Source of the DNA: Trichomonas gallinae
Taxonomy: Eukaryota
Assembly (NCBI GenBank): GCA_008369845.1
Contig: MRSU01002409.1
Location: forward strand, 1 to 38,951
Length of the DNA: 38,951 nt
Direction: 5' to 3'
Part shown: positions 10,420 through 22,035 of the stretch, in pieces
Numbering within the stretch: the first letter of the stretch is position 1
How the letters are laid out: the number at the start of each line of letters is the position of its first letter
Position numbers and translations under genes: made by a program
The notes under the pieces: generated by a model
What the model was told of the DNA's origin: nothing
What the model saw: the letters and a program-made list of their open reading frames with translations, nothing else
Database searches by the model: none

Positions 10420-11344
10420 TTTTGTTCGTATTTGTTTATATGTTTTAAAAAATGTTTTTTATAATTTTGAAACAAAAAATAGCAAAAAATTAAATTTATC
10501 ATTAAATACAAGCTATAACATTATGAACGATTTTTACGTTTCCATTGGTTTCTCAAAATTGAACCACCAATAAAATCTCAAACCGCTGATATTCAAAAAT
10601 TGACTATATTTAGGCTTTCAAAACAGAAAACTGCAGTTTTTAGGCAAGCATTTATCATAGCAAGAACAGTATTTTTGATCTCCATGCTGGAATTCGTTTT
10701 GACATATTCTTAATTTACATGACAAAATTATCAAAGCTAAATCGGTCATATTATGGCTATTTAGCTGCTGCTCTGAATACCAATATTTGATTTTGAGTTC
10801 GAAATACATAGTTAATCATTATGGGAAAAATTAAATATCATTTGGGAGCTAATGATCTATTTGGGTTCTTCTTATAATGCAAACTTCTATATAAAACTTT
10901 TCGTTTTAAAGCACATTTTACAAAAAAAATTATTTTATATCAAAAATGATCATGTAGATAGTGCTATGTTCATTGAATAGTCGTTTTTTGGATTCTAGTT
11001 TAACATTACCTGAGGTCTTTAAACCAAGAAATAAAATTAATACACGAATAAACAAAAATTTTCTTAGTTCTATTTAATTTAGATGAATATGAGCTATGCT
11101 CTCGTTTGAACAAAATATTGAGTTAATAAAAGCTTGTAACAACACAGCTATTTCGTTTTTAAAACATCAATATTGATTTTAACTAGTTTTATGTAATGGT
11201 TCAACCATTCTCTGATGGTATATGATTACTACAAAATAGCAATAGCAATTATTATTAATTCAATTAAATTAATAAAAATTGAAAGAATATATATATATTT
11301 GATTGCAAATTAAGTTGTTTGGGATAAAGATGATAATTAATATG

Positions 11345-11986
11345 TTAGTCCTTCATGAACTTTGTTTGATAATCAAGACGAAGCTGAGTAACTGTTTGTT
11401 GAGAAACATTTGGAACAACTTTCTCGAGATCCATCCTCTTTGCGATATATTCCATTATAGCAATCGTAAACGTTCCACAATCATAGTTATTATTTTGTTG
11501 AGGTGATTTTGGCGAGAAAAATCTGTGAGCACTCACACCATAATACTCACACAATTGTTTGGCCACCTTTCGCGCAACTCTTGTAGAAGAGCAGCCTAAA
11601 GAATCAAAATGGTAAAATTTATTTTCTTCATTTGGAGAATATTGTGTATCCCATACAATCAAACTCCAATGAGATCCCTCACTTGCACGATTTTCCGAGT
11701 CATATAGTGGTAAAAACACATATTTTGCTTTAAATACATTCCAATATTGTGTAACTTCGCTTGCCATTTCTTTTTGAATCATTCTAAGAAGGTATAGTGT
11801 ATTAGGTGGATAAAACATCACATTTAAATGATTTTCTGCGCAATCTTTGTTAGCTATTATTTCGAGCTTTCTTCCTGCCAAACCTATCAATTCATCATTA
11901 AGCCAATCATCATCAGTGATCTTTTTGTAATCATCTTCATATAATGTCCAATTTTCAAAAGTATAAATTGGCTTTGATTTCTTCAT
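11345..11986 (-). CDS. Ulp1/C48 family cysteine peptidase, SENP8/NEDP1 (deneddylase)-like
   Basis: WLNDELI, GSHWSLIV (His), YHFDSL (Asp) and PQQNNNYDCG (Cys); catalytic domain only. First ATG at 11986 with Inr TCATTT at 12005-12010 (minus strand). Confidence 0.88.
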   Translation of the reverse strand: MKKSKPIYTFENWTLYEDDYKKITDDDWLNDELIGLAGRKLEIIANKDCAENHLNVMFYPPNTLYLLRMIQKEMASEVTQYWNVFKAKYVFLPLYDSENRASEGSHWSLIVWDTQYSPNEENKFYHFDSLGCSSTRVARKVAKQLCEYYGVSAHRFFSPKSPQQNNNYDCGTFTIAIMEYIAKRMDLEKVVPNVSQQTVTQLRLDYQTKFMKD

Positions 11987-12029
11987 TTCAATATTCGACA
12001 AATAAAATGATTACATGGCAAAAAATATT

Positions 12030-12560
12030 AAACGATTTATAACTTTTGCTATGCTATATAGCATAATCAGCTTATAGCTCAATAAAGCTGATAATCAACA
12101 TATGCTTCTGTCTATATAGTATATGGAAAGCAAATATTTATAATTGAAGATATCGAAATGATTTCACATAGCAAATGCTGTTAATAACGATATATTTCAT
12201 TGCCTATTAAGTAGTGACATGTCATTTTTGCATTTGCTTCGTTTTGGAGAAATCTTTTTTTCCATTAATGGCCCAATTATTTATTAATGATTTCAGACTA
12301 AGCAAGTTGTATAATCCACGAATATATTGATGACGCTTGATTTTGAGCTCTGGAAAAAAAAAACAAATAATACTATTGATATTAAAATAAATTAAGTCAA
12401 TGGATAGCACTAATGTCTGTAAATAGTGTGGCAGCCTTTATAATTTCATCTGCCAAGAATATTTTCGACTCAATATTGCGACGACTGAAACAGATTTACG
12501 ACTGATTAATTTCAAGTAAACGAGTGGACTATGGGATTGAATTACCATAATTCAAGTTTC
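12030..12560 (-). pseudogene. Degenerate ankyrin-repeat-like remnant
   Basis: Broken frames on the minus strand give NIESK(N)ILG-like, AIH and LLTAFAM*NHFDI fragments among stops and frameshifts. Confidence 0.3.
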
Positions 12561-13249
12561 AAAAACAATCAATCAGCAGAAAAAAAAAAATTGTTTTATT
12601 GTCATGACTGAATTATTTTATTAATTTTTAATATGATAATCAGATGTATATATATAATTGACATAGAAATGTATACAAAGAAATTGACTGTTAGATCAAG
12701 AGGAATGCCAACGTTTTTTTTACTATCAAAAACTTCGTATCATAAATATATGATGAGACAATATATTTACATTCTAAATTTGAAAATGTATTTGCTATGA
12801 ATTATTTTGAATATGTGTAGATTGATATTACGCATAATAATCAATAGAAATAAATTTTTTCATTTAAAATGTGACTATTATTCAAAAATTATTTTAAGTA
12901 AATTCTATTTGTAGTCTATCAATGATCTAATTTTCGATATAAATTTTGAGAATATTAATTGAATGTCTAAAAGTGACGTTTTAATAAAATGAAATATATT
13001 GATGAATACCTAATAATTCTTCAAATGTTTTTTGTGAAAAATTGAGTCGGAATATACATTTGCTTCAAAATGTTCGCTAACATAAATACTCATTATAAAA
13101 TAAAGTTCCGGATTTATCAATAATTCAGAAAAAAAATTTTGAGAAATCAACTTTTTTTTCAAAAAAACATCAAATGAAAAAGGGTCACATTTTCATTCTC
13201 GTTGGAGAAAATTGAAAGAAAAAAAATTCTTCGTCATTTTTCTGTGTTC

Positions 13250-14098
13250 ATGGAATTTCAGATGCTGCTTGCTGATCCGAACAAGGTCATCAATAAGCCT
13301 CAAGATGTAGCAACGAGCCCCAGAAGTGAAGAAAAGGTGCAGCAAACAAAGGAGCAGCAAAATAATTATATGAATTCTTCGGAAAATTTCGCTATTTCCA
13401 AACCTCGCGGCATAAAAACAAATATATCGTTCTCTATTGACATGCCATATGATGAAATTTGCCGCAATTTGACAACAGTGTTCGACTCAAATTATAGTGA
13501 TGCATGCAGCGAACTGGATATCATCTCAGATTATCTTTCCGTTAGAGATATGAGAACTATTGTAAGAAATTTAAACCTTTGCGATACGTCCGAATTATTC
13601 AATTATAGGAAACCCGCATTATGCGTCATGATTCAAAGTTTTTTGAATCAGCCATTCATGATAGATCTCCATGAGAAGCTTCATTCCGAGGAAACTGCTG
13701 CAAAAATTGACTTTTTCCTATCAAATGATTCAGATGGAACAAAAGATGGAAGGCAGTCACCAAAGAACCAATCCCCTATCTCTACAAAGTTGGATTGCGT
13801 CAAAATCAAGCGCGTTCAAAATAAGGTGGAAGTTACGAAATCTAGACAGTTCCCGGACGTCGAATCAACAGATAAAGTGCAAAAAGAGAAGGTTATTTTG
13901 ACTAATTATTACAACCCACTACCTCCAGATCCTCCAAAAATGATTTTTCCCCAAATTCCGGCAAAATCAGGTCTTCACTCTCCGTATTGGGATCTTTCCA
14001 GCCGAATTTCTGACATAGAGAAGGCCGTATCACTACTCCAGCTCCATGTTTATCAGACAGAAACTGCTTTAGAACGCAAAGAAACAGAGTATCATTAA
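13250..14098 (+). CDS. Hypothetical protein with Pro-rich segment and C-terminal coiled coil
   Basis: Long ORF. First ATG at 13250 (the ORF-track start is TTG), preceded by Inr TCATTT at 13234-13239. Confidence 0.8.
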   Translation: MEFQMLLADPNKVINKPQDVATSPRSEEKVQQTKEQQNNYMNSSENFAISKPRGIKTNISFSIDMPYDEICRNLTTVFDSNYSDACSELDIISDYLSVRDMRTIVRNLNLCDTSELFNYRKPALCVMIQSFLNQPFMIDLHEKLHSEETAAKIDFFLSNDSDGTKDGRQSPKNQSPISTKLDCVKIKRVQNKVEVTKSRQFPDVESTDKVQKEKVILTNYYNPLPPDPPKMIFPQIPAKSGLHSPYWDLSSRISDIEKAVSLLQLHVYQTETALERKETEYH

Positions 14099-14872
14099 TT
14101 TCGTGTCATTCGTTGGTCTAATATATATCAATGGAATGATTTCTGGTTACATATTGTGGATGTTTCTGGAAAACGAGCAGTACCATCGATTGATTAATAT
14201 TTTTCTTATAATTTCAACAATAATTGCTTTGGCGCAAAACTTTTTGTTGAGATTGATTTGTTGTTTGATGTTGTGTTTATTTAAAACTATAATTTAGAAT
14301 ACAAATTTTTGCCAACAATGTTTTTTATTTTATTCATAAAATCAAATATCCGTGGTGTTACATGATAACTAATGATGAAAACTTTTTTAATTTCGTTTAT
14401 TTTGACTTATTTTCAAAATTTAAGTCAAAATAACCTGAATTTTAAGATTAATTCGTTATATTCGTGAAAGAAAACCTATTGCAAGCTATTTTCTATGCAT
14501 TCTAGTTTTCGCATTGTTTGAGTTTTGTAAAGCTTTGTTTTCCATGATAATTAAATATATAATACATGTTATTTACTATTATCTAAAAATTATTTTATTT
14601 TGGAAAATTGAAAAGACAAAAATATGTCAGATCATCCTTTTGACTTTGTGGATCATATTCTCTCATCTATTTCTCTTGATTTCTTTAAATAAAAACATTG
14701 ACAATTTTATAATATTTGAATATTCAAAAAATCGTTAGATCCAAATTATATATAAATCAATGGCTAATATGTAACCTTAAAAACATATACACAATAATAA
14801 AGTTAAGCAACTTTCAAAAAAAAATTAAAATCAAAAATTATTTTATAAAAAAATAACAAATATATACATATA

Positions 14873-17800
14873 TTAATATATATTAAAAGGTAGAATGGTT
14901 AAGAGTCCATCTGCCGTAACAGTGACGACTCTTCCTTGTTCAGACTTCATTCCCAAGATGCGCGAACCAATTGTTCCGATTTGTTTCATTGTTTCTGGGC
15001 AATAAGCCTCGAAAACGAAAACTTTTCCAAAGCTGTCGATAAGTGTCACGTAGTCGAAGCCATCATTGGATATGAAAGTAGAGACGGCTGAGATCTTGTT
15101 TCCGATTTCGAACTCTTTGAGGATCTGGCCGTTGCATGAAATGATGAATATCTTTCTGACAACATTTCCATCGATTATTCCTTTGCCAATCGCGATGATG
15201 AATCCGAAAGCTTGTGTAACAATGACTTTCTTCGCGTGGAAGTTGCCGAGTGAAACAACGAAAGCGAGAGACTTTCTCGTGATGGATATGATCAAAATCG
15301 TGTTGTCGACAGTAGAACAAATAATGGAGTGGAAATTCTTCGAAACGATTATTTCATTGATCGACTGTGTATATGTCTGCAGCTTGAAAATCGTTCTCGT
15401 GAGATTATCGGACAAATAGAGATGAACGATTGCGTTGTTGTCTGCAACGACTGAATACATGTCATTTGCATCCATGCAGGAAACGAACGAATCCATGTTG
15501 AGTTCGCTGACATTTGAGTCGGAAACAATCGATATCGTGTCAGAATCCGTCTTGTTGACCAAATATGTGTTTGGCTTTGAGGAAACGTAATGAGCGAGTC
15601 TGTCTCTTCCGAGAGGAGCCGAGATCTTGTCGATGCTAGTGTTGAGGCCTTTTTCTGACAATGTGACTTTGATCATCTCGCTTTTTTCGTTGAATGCCAC
15701 TGCGCTGATGCTTTTGTCCGTGATGTGAAGAACGAAAGCGCAGATGAGTTTGTCCTGTGTGAACTGCTCGACGAACTTGAAGTACTGAGTGTTCACGCGC
15801 TTGTTTCTCTGCGGATGTTTGTTCTTGAAGATGATTTTCGGCGGAATGTTCGACTCATCGAGTTTCTGTCCGACGCCAAATGTTGCGTCGATCCATTTGT
15901 GCAGTTGTTGCGAGACATCCTCTGTTTCCAAGTTTTTCCTGTGATAATAAACGAAATCCATTGGTGTGCGGGCCCATGGCGGCAGTTCTACTCCTTCGAA
16001 AATTTCCGGCGAGTAGAAAAATTCCGGCGGAATTTCGTTGACTGTCGAATTCAGCCACTCATCTTTCACGCTGTTGAAGTTTTCCTTCGTTAATGTGTTG
16101 AACGGCTGCAGCCTCGAAAGCATCTTCGCGATGTGAAGGTTGTCGACAGTTTTCTCCGGCAAGTTCTGGCCCATTTTCATGTTGAAGTTTCTGATCAAAG
16201 AAGAGTTGTTCATCGGGAATTCGTCCGCGATGTAGTCGCTCAATACCCATGGCATTATAGGGTACTGAAGAGTGGAGTGGAAAGTTCTGCCAGAGAATCT
16301 GTTCAACGCGATTAAATACTCGAAATTCGAGATTTGCGCGTTGACCCATTTTTCTGTCAGCTTCGTGTCCGCGAAGTATCTTGGGTATTCGTTCGGCTGC
16401 ACTTGAATCGGTAATTCTAAGTTCTTAAGATGAGCTGATTTGACGTAGCTGATGAACTGAGGAAGCCTGTTGTTCAAAATGTTGAACAAAAACGATTCTC
16501 CGAATTTCGTGGCGACTTCAACTGCAGAATCTACCCTTCTCCATGGCTTCAAGAGCACAGAAGAGATCGAGTCGAACATAATCTGGAAGAAAGTCTTATT
16601 CGGCTGATAAATGAACAAAGAAATGTTCGAAACGAAAATGCTGCATGATTTCTTTTGATCGAGGTTTATCAGTTCGGCCGCGAAATCTCTGCTTGGATCG
16701 AAATCGTGCCTGCTGCACTCATTCCACTGTATTTCGTCGTTGACGTTGTCCAAGACATCGTAGAATGGATTGGACGGGCGTGCAACAATTCTGTCGCTTT
16801 TTCGCTGAACTTTGATTGACAAAATCTTCATCGGACAACCGAATGGCAAACAGTCTGTATATTCTCTTCTGAGCTTCTTGACGATCTTTGTTGATATGCA
16901 GTCTCTCCACGGGCTTCCGTCGTCTATGAATCTCAGCCACAGCTTTCGCCATTCTATTCTATACCTGAACTTGGAGCGAGAATATCTTTCCAGTAGATCT
17001 GTCGCAGCATTGAACATTTTCCTTAAAACTTCGCCTTGTGATAATCCGACAATTAACTCAGCCGAAGAGTTGCATTTAGCGACGAAGTTTGAGTAATTCA
17101 TGCCGAAGTTGACGACAGGGTCGTCTTTTGTCGACAAGTTCTCTAAAACTTCCTGTGTCTTGTTGAAGCATGTCACAGGATCTGCCTTTCTAAATGTTGG
17201 GAGATGTGACATTAATGCTCTGTGATTGTAGACGTTTATTTCGGGCAAAAGATTGATGACGATGATGTACTTGTTGACGAACTTGTGGGCTATGTCTGGG
17301 TTGTATTTGATGATCATTCCAGCGAGAATTGTCATCAGACCAAAATGTTCTTCCAGCGGCATCCTGTTGAAAATCTCGAAGGCCATGTTTACAATGTCTC
17401 TGTCGACCCAGTATCCGTCGCTATTAAACAACAAACCGAAATGACGCTTTTCTATCGGATTAGTTATGATCAAGTGCAAATCTGATGCAAGGGAATTTTG
17501 GATCTTCAAGTCTTTTATCGTTAAATCTAATAATTTTTCGAGGCTCGGATCTCCTTGGAAGCTTCTCAAATTCGCGATGATCTGTTTCATGTATGATGGG
17601 TTTTCGTGCTTGATATTCACTAGTGTTGGTGCCTGGTTCTTGACGAGATATTTAGATGTGTATCCGTGCGGTTTCAACAGCAAGAAATATTTGACAACTT
17701 TGAGAAAAGCGTCAACGTTTTTCTTGTTATTAGGAATTTCTTGTGAAAGCAATCTCGCAGCAATACTTGAAATAAAGTCGTGCTCAGGCTGTACTACACT

Positions 17801-20800
17801 GATGCCCAGAGACCTTCCTATATGTTCTATAGCAGCGAATGCATCAAGCCACAAATCACTGCCGCATTTCGTCAAGAAATCTATTATAGTAATTCTCATT
17901 TCACTTCCGCAAGTTAAGAAAGCCAAAGAAGGCCAAACAGTCCAATGGTGCACTTTGGCGAATTCAGGGAACGTGTCCACTTCTGTGAAGACTTTCTCTA
18001 CATATGACTGACCGAGATTTTGTGCAACGTAACAAGCTAACGAGAAAAATTCTGCATTTTCTTTCGCGAATTTTAAGACGATGTTGAAAAATTCTTCGTT
18101 CGTCATCAATAAAATTGGCAGCTCTTCCAGTATCATGTACAACTGTTCGCTTAATGTTATTTCATTTATCGCGAATTTCTTGTGCATTTTAATCATAACA
18201 TTGAACATTTTTTCGATTGTTTCCAAATTATTCGTAGAAATCAAGGAATGAATCATTAACAAAGAAGAATATTTCGTTATATCTTCTCCTGTTAAGTTAT
18301 TTAAGTCTAAAATAGCAAGCAATAAATCCAATAACTCGTTCTGCTGTCTAGCAACAACACTTGTTAATATTTGGGAGCCTAAAAATGAAATGTCGTTGTC
18401 CAACTGTTTATATGATATTACGTAATACGCGCATTTGATTAATAACCTTCTAACTTCCTGCACGTCCACTTCTATTTCTCTTATTGATATCAGCGCTGTC
18501 TCCACTGGCTCGTAATAATAAAATGTCCTGACAATTCTCATCAGTTCTTCGAATGATAAACATTTTCTTGCGATTTTTATGTAATTCCTGAATAATACTT
18601 GTTCCCAGTGTTTAAATATTTTGCGCTGGTCATTGGACGAATGCCATAACGAGAAGTTGCATATGATGGACTTGAAGAGTGATTTCATGAGGTACTTGTT
18701 TGTTATATATGTTGACAAATTGAAGAAAGATATATATAAGTCGAACGTCAAAATATGTCCAGGAGAATTAATCGAAGACAGCAGATAAGAAATCGCTTCG
18801 AAAGAGTGAGAAGTGTCTAATTCAGACTGGCTCCTGTTATTTAATATCAAAGTGTTCTTGATGATGTTAATCAATATCAGTCCGAAGTCGTCAAATGTTC
18901 TTCCGTCTTCGTAAACAAAACCGAATTCAGCAAAAAGCGGAACAAGAACTGAATAACCGATTCTCGCTGACAAAACGTCCAAAATAGAGAAAGGCTGGGT
19001 GTTCTTGATAGGCTTGTAGTAGAGTGAATAAGGTGGATTGACCGCTAATGATATTTTCTCGCCGTCTTTGCGAGGCATCATGAAGAAGAAAGGTTCTTTT
19101 GGAATCTTAGGCATCTGGTGAGGATTAGACTTAAATAATAAAGGAAGCTCTGCTTCTGGTATAGGAGAGAATATTGAGAATGGTCCTATTAACAGATCGT
19201 TGTCTGTTGTTGTTGCTCCGTTCGAAATTTCGAGAATTACTCCGCCGGGTTTGAATTCGAGGTATTGGAACAGTTGTCTAATGAAGTAACCCTCTAGGCC
19301 TATTGTAGCTATGATTTTGCTGTTCGTTTCCGATTTTAGAAACTGAATCGAACAATTTACAATAAACCACTTGCCTACTGGGCATTGGAGCTTAAGGGGT
19401 CCTTCCCACGTCGAGTCTCCATCAGCTACGACTATTGTTGCGTAGCCATTCGACATATACAAGCAAATCGCGAATTTATCTGAATCGTGGATCGAAAAAA
19501 CGACTGTATCCGATACAGTTGTCGTACAATACATCCATATCGAGAAAGAAAAGTCCCTGAACTGATCTGCCGTGAATCCTGTTATATATGGAGCAGAATT
19601 CTTCGAAATCACAAATCCGCACGGCGGCTGGTCTAATGCGTCCGTGATCATCTCGTTCAAGAACTTTAGGACCTTTTCTTGGTATCTAGGGAAGTATTTG
19701 TCTTTTACTGGCATTAATAATGAGATAAATCTGTTAACAACAGCAGCTGATGAAATTGACGACGAAATCTTCTTGATAACTGATATACATAAGTCAATAA
19801 GAAGGTCTGACTCTGAATGTTTGATAATATCGATGATTAATAAATCAATTCCATTATTATGAAGAGAATAACGAGTTGACTGGTATTTCTGGCATATTAT
19901 GTCGATAATGCACACAACGTAGTGCAAATTCTTCATATTTTTCGTCATTCTTAAAATAATTCCGAAAAATTTCGGTTGCTTGACTTCAAAGACAGTTTTG
20001 AGTGTTGGAAGAGGTTTGCCAGCGCAAACACTGAGTAAGTCGTGGATGATGAACCAAGGAATGTCAGCATCAAAGGTTTGTTCCAAGAATTGTTCAATTT
20101 TATGGAAAATTTGCTGAGAATAGATTAAATTGTCTGATCCTATGGCCAACAGGTTGAAGATTAGGTGGATGAAACTGGCGGAATCCTCTTTCGTGCAGTC
20201 TATTGGCAAGTTTTGCAAAATTCTGAAAATAATCTCTTTGTAGATGGTAACACTATCTGGATTTATGGTCATTATAGCCGTTAGAAATTTAATATGCTCA
20301 ATTGCAGCGTGAATTCTGTTTTGGTCAATGGTTAAGAAAAAGAATTTGATTAATTGTTGAGAAACGTTCATATTATATAAGTCATTGGAGTTACTGCGAA
20401 TCGTTTTCATGTATTTCACTTCAAGATCAAGGATTTTCGTGAATAATAAAGGTTCATGGAATAATTGCGACAAAAACACGTAAAATGGAGAGTATTGGAA
20501 AAATTCTTCCATGACAGTATCACTTTCAAGGATAAACTCAACGAAATCAAAGAATTCGAAAAGATAAAAATGATACAATTGCTTATCTTCGAGTTTTGAG
20601 AGTCTTTCCCATATCCATGATAATAAGTTATGCATCTCCATCTTCTTAGCATCAGAAATTTGTATCTGACGTGTTGCTGCTCTGTGAATCACGTCAAACA
20701 TCAAATGTATTGATCTTTTATACAAATTTTTGAATTCTGACAAAATTCCGCTTGGTTCTCCGTAGAATAGAATCGTGTAAATCTCGTTTTTCAGCAAATT

Positions 20801-21997
20801 AATAATTTCATATTTTTCTGGTTCGAGAGAATCCATGCATGGTGAGAAAATTATGGACTTTAGAAGAGTGGGAATAGCATCGGATGCAACTAAAGGATCC
20901 TTCACGCATTTTAAGATCTGTGTGAAAACTATCATGTTTGTGATTGTGTATGGATCAGAATATTCCGATTTTATGAGTTTAATGATGAGCTTTAATATGA
21001 ATTTGTTGCTTAAATCGATATGCGCGTTAGTTATTTGGGTAATATTATTTATTAGCTGCAAAAGCTCTGGATCAATTAAAGTTTGTATCTGTGTCGATGG
21101 TTTATCATGTCTAATAAAAGATTTTTCTATTTTTTCGTTAGATGAAAATTTTGATGTATCACCAATTAGAATTGGCTGTGTTTTTCCTATGGCATCGACT
21201 ATTTTGGTCGTAGCGACATCTAAAACACCGTCAAAATTGATATTGCTGAAATATTGAAGAATTGTATGCAATAAAGGTATAACAGAAATCTGGAATTCCA
21301 AAATTTGATCGCTCAGCATTTTGATGAGAACATCTATTTCCATCATAGAGATTTTGTCGTGAAATTGCTCAATCGTTATTTTGACAACATTAAACATCGA
21401 GCTAGAAACGTTTGTATGATAAGAAGCAGACATCTGGAACATCTTAATAACAATGTGGAATAATAGAGGATGTAATTCCGTGCAATCGGAGATAAATTGA
21501 AAAAGTGGTGAAAGTAATTGATGAAATTCGGATTGTGTGCATGTTTCTGGTATTATGTTGTATAAATCGATGAATGCATTGATTGCGTATTGTTTATAAT
21601 CATCAATTGGCGTGAATTTCATAATTAACCGCAAGTTTTCAAGCAAAACGGGCATTTCATTCACACGAAAATCGCTTTTTATGTACGAGATGTATTGATT
21701 GAAGATCAGAATTGGCAAATAATTCGGGCATTTTGGTAACTGAATAACTAAGTTCGCTAAAACTTCAGTTAAGAGCTCAATGTTAAAAGAGAAGTTATAC
21801 TCACTACTATTTAGTGCCTTTTTCATGTTGTATTTCTGCAATATCATATTGATTAACTGCGTATTTTGATCTTTAGGTAGAACGGGGAACAATTTCGGTG
21901 GATTTTGGTTCTTAATAGTATCAGCGAGCTTTTCGAACTCTAGTCCTTCGTTTACGGTCAGTGAAAGAATCGACGCCACCAACTTCGATTTTTCCAT
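14873..21997 (-). CDS. Beige/BEACH domain protein (helical N-terminus, ConA-like segment, PH, BEACH, WD40-like C-terminus)
   Basis: LTEKWVNAQISNFEYLIALNRFSGRTF...QYPIMPWVL, IPPEFFYSPE, VELPPWA..P.DFV..HR..LE...VS..LHKWID..FG. Upstream PH-like SAVEV..K.G.SFLFN and FSFSIW motif. Confidence 0.93.
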   Translation of the reverse strand: MEKSKLVASILSLTVNEGLEFEKLADTIKNQNPPKLFPVLPKDQNTQLINMILQKYNMKKALNSSEYNFSFNIELLTEVLANLVIQLPKCPNYLPILIFNQYISYIKSDFRVNEMPVLLENLRLIMKFTPIDDYKQYAINAFIDLYNIIPETCTQSEFHQLLSPLFQFISDCTELHPLLFHIVIKMFQMSASYHTNVSSSMFNVVKITIEQFHDKISMMEIDVLIKMLSDQILEFQISVIPLLHTILQYFSNINFDGVLDVATTKIVDAIGKTQPILIGDTSKFSSNEKIEKSFIRHDKPSTQIQTLIDPELLQLINNITQITNAHIDLSNKFILKLIIKLIKSEYSDPYTITNMIVFTQILKCVKDPLVASDAIPTLLKSIIFSPCMDSLEPEKYEIINLLKNEIYTILFYGEPSGILSEFKNLYKRSIHLMFDVIHRAATRQIQISDAKKMEMHNLLSWIWERLSKLEDKQLYHFYLFEFFDFVEFILESDTVMEEFFQYSPFYVFLSQLFHEPLLFTKILDLEVKYMKTIRSNSNDLYNMNVSQQLIKFFFLTIDQNRIHAAIEHIKFLTAIMTINPDSVTIYKEIIFRILQNLPIDCTKEDSASFIHLIFNLLAIGSDNLIYSQQIFHKIEQFLEQTFDADIPWFIIHDLLSVCAGKPLPTLKTVFEVKQPKFFGIILRMTKNMKNLHYVVCIIDIICQKYQSTRYSLHNNGIDLLIIDIIKHSESDLLIDLCISVIKKISSSISSAAVVNRFISLLMPVKDKYFPRYQEKVLKFLNEMITDALDQPPCGFVISKNSAPYITGFTADQFRDFSFSIWMYCTTTVSDTVVFSIHDSDKFAICLYMSNGYATIVVADGDSTWEGPLKLQCPVGKWFIVNCSIQFLKSETNSKIIATIGLEGYFIRQLFQYLEFKPGGVILEISNGATTTDNDLLIGPFSIFSPIPEAELPLLFKSNPHQMPKIPKEPFFFMMPRKDGEKISLAVNPPYSLYYKPIKNTQPFSILDVLSARIGYSVLVPLFAEFGFVYEDGRTFDDFGLILINIIKNTLILNNRSQSELDTSHSFEAISYLLSSINSPGHILTFDLYISFFNLSTYITNKYLMKSLFKSIICNFSLWHSSNDQRKIFKHWEQVLFRNYIKIARKCLSFEELMRIVRTFYYYEPVETALISIREIEVDVQEVRRLLIKCAYYVISYKQLDNDISFLGSQILTSVVARQQNELLDLLLAILDLNNLTGEDITKYSSLLMIHSLISTNNLETIEKMFNVMIKMHKKFAINEITLSEQLYMILEELPILLMTNEEFFNIVLKFAKENAEFFSLACYVAQNLGQSYVEKVFTEVDTFPEFAKVHHWTVWPSLAFLTCGSEMRITIIDFLTKCGSDLWLDAFAAIEHIGRSLGISVVQPEHDFISSIAARLLSQEIPNNKKNVDAFLKVVKYFLLLKPHGYTSKYLVKNQAPTLVNIKHENPSYMKQIIANLRSFQGDPSLEKLLDLTIKDLKIQNSLASDLHLIITNPIEKRHFGLLFNSDGYWVDRDIVNMAFEIFNRMPLEEHFGLMTILAGMIIKYNPDIAHKFVNKYIIVINLLPEINVYNHRALMSHLPTFRKADPVTCFNKTQEVLENLSTKDDPVVNFGMNYSNFVAKCNSSAELIVGLSQGEVLRKMFNAATDLLERYSRSKFRYRIEWRKLWLRFIDDGSPWRDCISTKIVKKLRREYTDCLPFGCPMKILSIKVQRKSDRIVARPSNPFYDVLDNVNDEIQWNECSRHDFDPSRDFAAELINLDQKKSCSIFVSNISLFIYQPNKTFFQIMFDSISSVLLKPWRRVDSAVEVATKFGESFLFNILNNRLPQFISYVKSAHLKNLELPIQVQPNEYPRYFADTKLTEKWVNAQISNFEYLIALNRFSGRTFHSTLQYPIMPWVLSDYIADEFPMNNSSLIRNFNMKMGQNLPEKTVDNLHIAKMLSRLQPFNTLTKENFNSVKDEWLNSTVNEIPPEFFYSPEIFEGVELPPWARTPMDFVYYHRKNLETEDVSQQLHKWIDATFGVGQKLDESNIPPKIIFKNKHPQRNKRVNTQYFKFVEQFTQDKLICAFVLHITDKSISAVAFNEKSEMIKVTLSEKGLNTSIDKISAPLGRDRLAHYVSSKPNTYLVNKTDSDTISIVSDSNVSELNMDSFVSCMDANDMYSVVADNNAIVHLYLSDNLTRTIFKLQTYTQSINEIIVSKNFHSIICSTVDNTILIISITRKSLAFVVSLGNFHAKKVIVTQAFGFIIAIGKGIIDGNVVRKIFIISCNGQILKEFEIGNKISAVSTFISNDGFDYVTLIDSFGKVFVFEAYCPETMKQIGTIGSRILGMKSEQGRVVTVTADGLLTILPFNIY

Positions 21998-22027
21998 TAA
22001 AAGCTCTGCAAAAAAAATCTTTCGTAG

Positions 22028-22035
22028 AAACGGTG
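22028..22035 (-). promoter_or_regulatory. M3-like (RCSGTT, Myb-type) core promoter element upstream of the BEACH gene
   Basis: CACCGTTT on the minus strand, ~30 nt before the ATG, with a CTTTT pyrimidine element adjacent to the ATG. Confidence 0.35.

Noticed and set aside
14514..14738. AT-rich hydrophobic ORFs (also 21961-22215, 28505-28690, 35510-35710)
   Set aside because: I/F/L/K-rich translations typical of random AT-rich DNA, mostly with non-ATG starts.
15063..21257. Numerous overlapping or antisense ORFs inside the BEACH gene (up to 181 aa)
   Set aside because: Shadow ORFs explained by the codon bias of the real gene. No recognisable motifs and mostly non-ATG starts.
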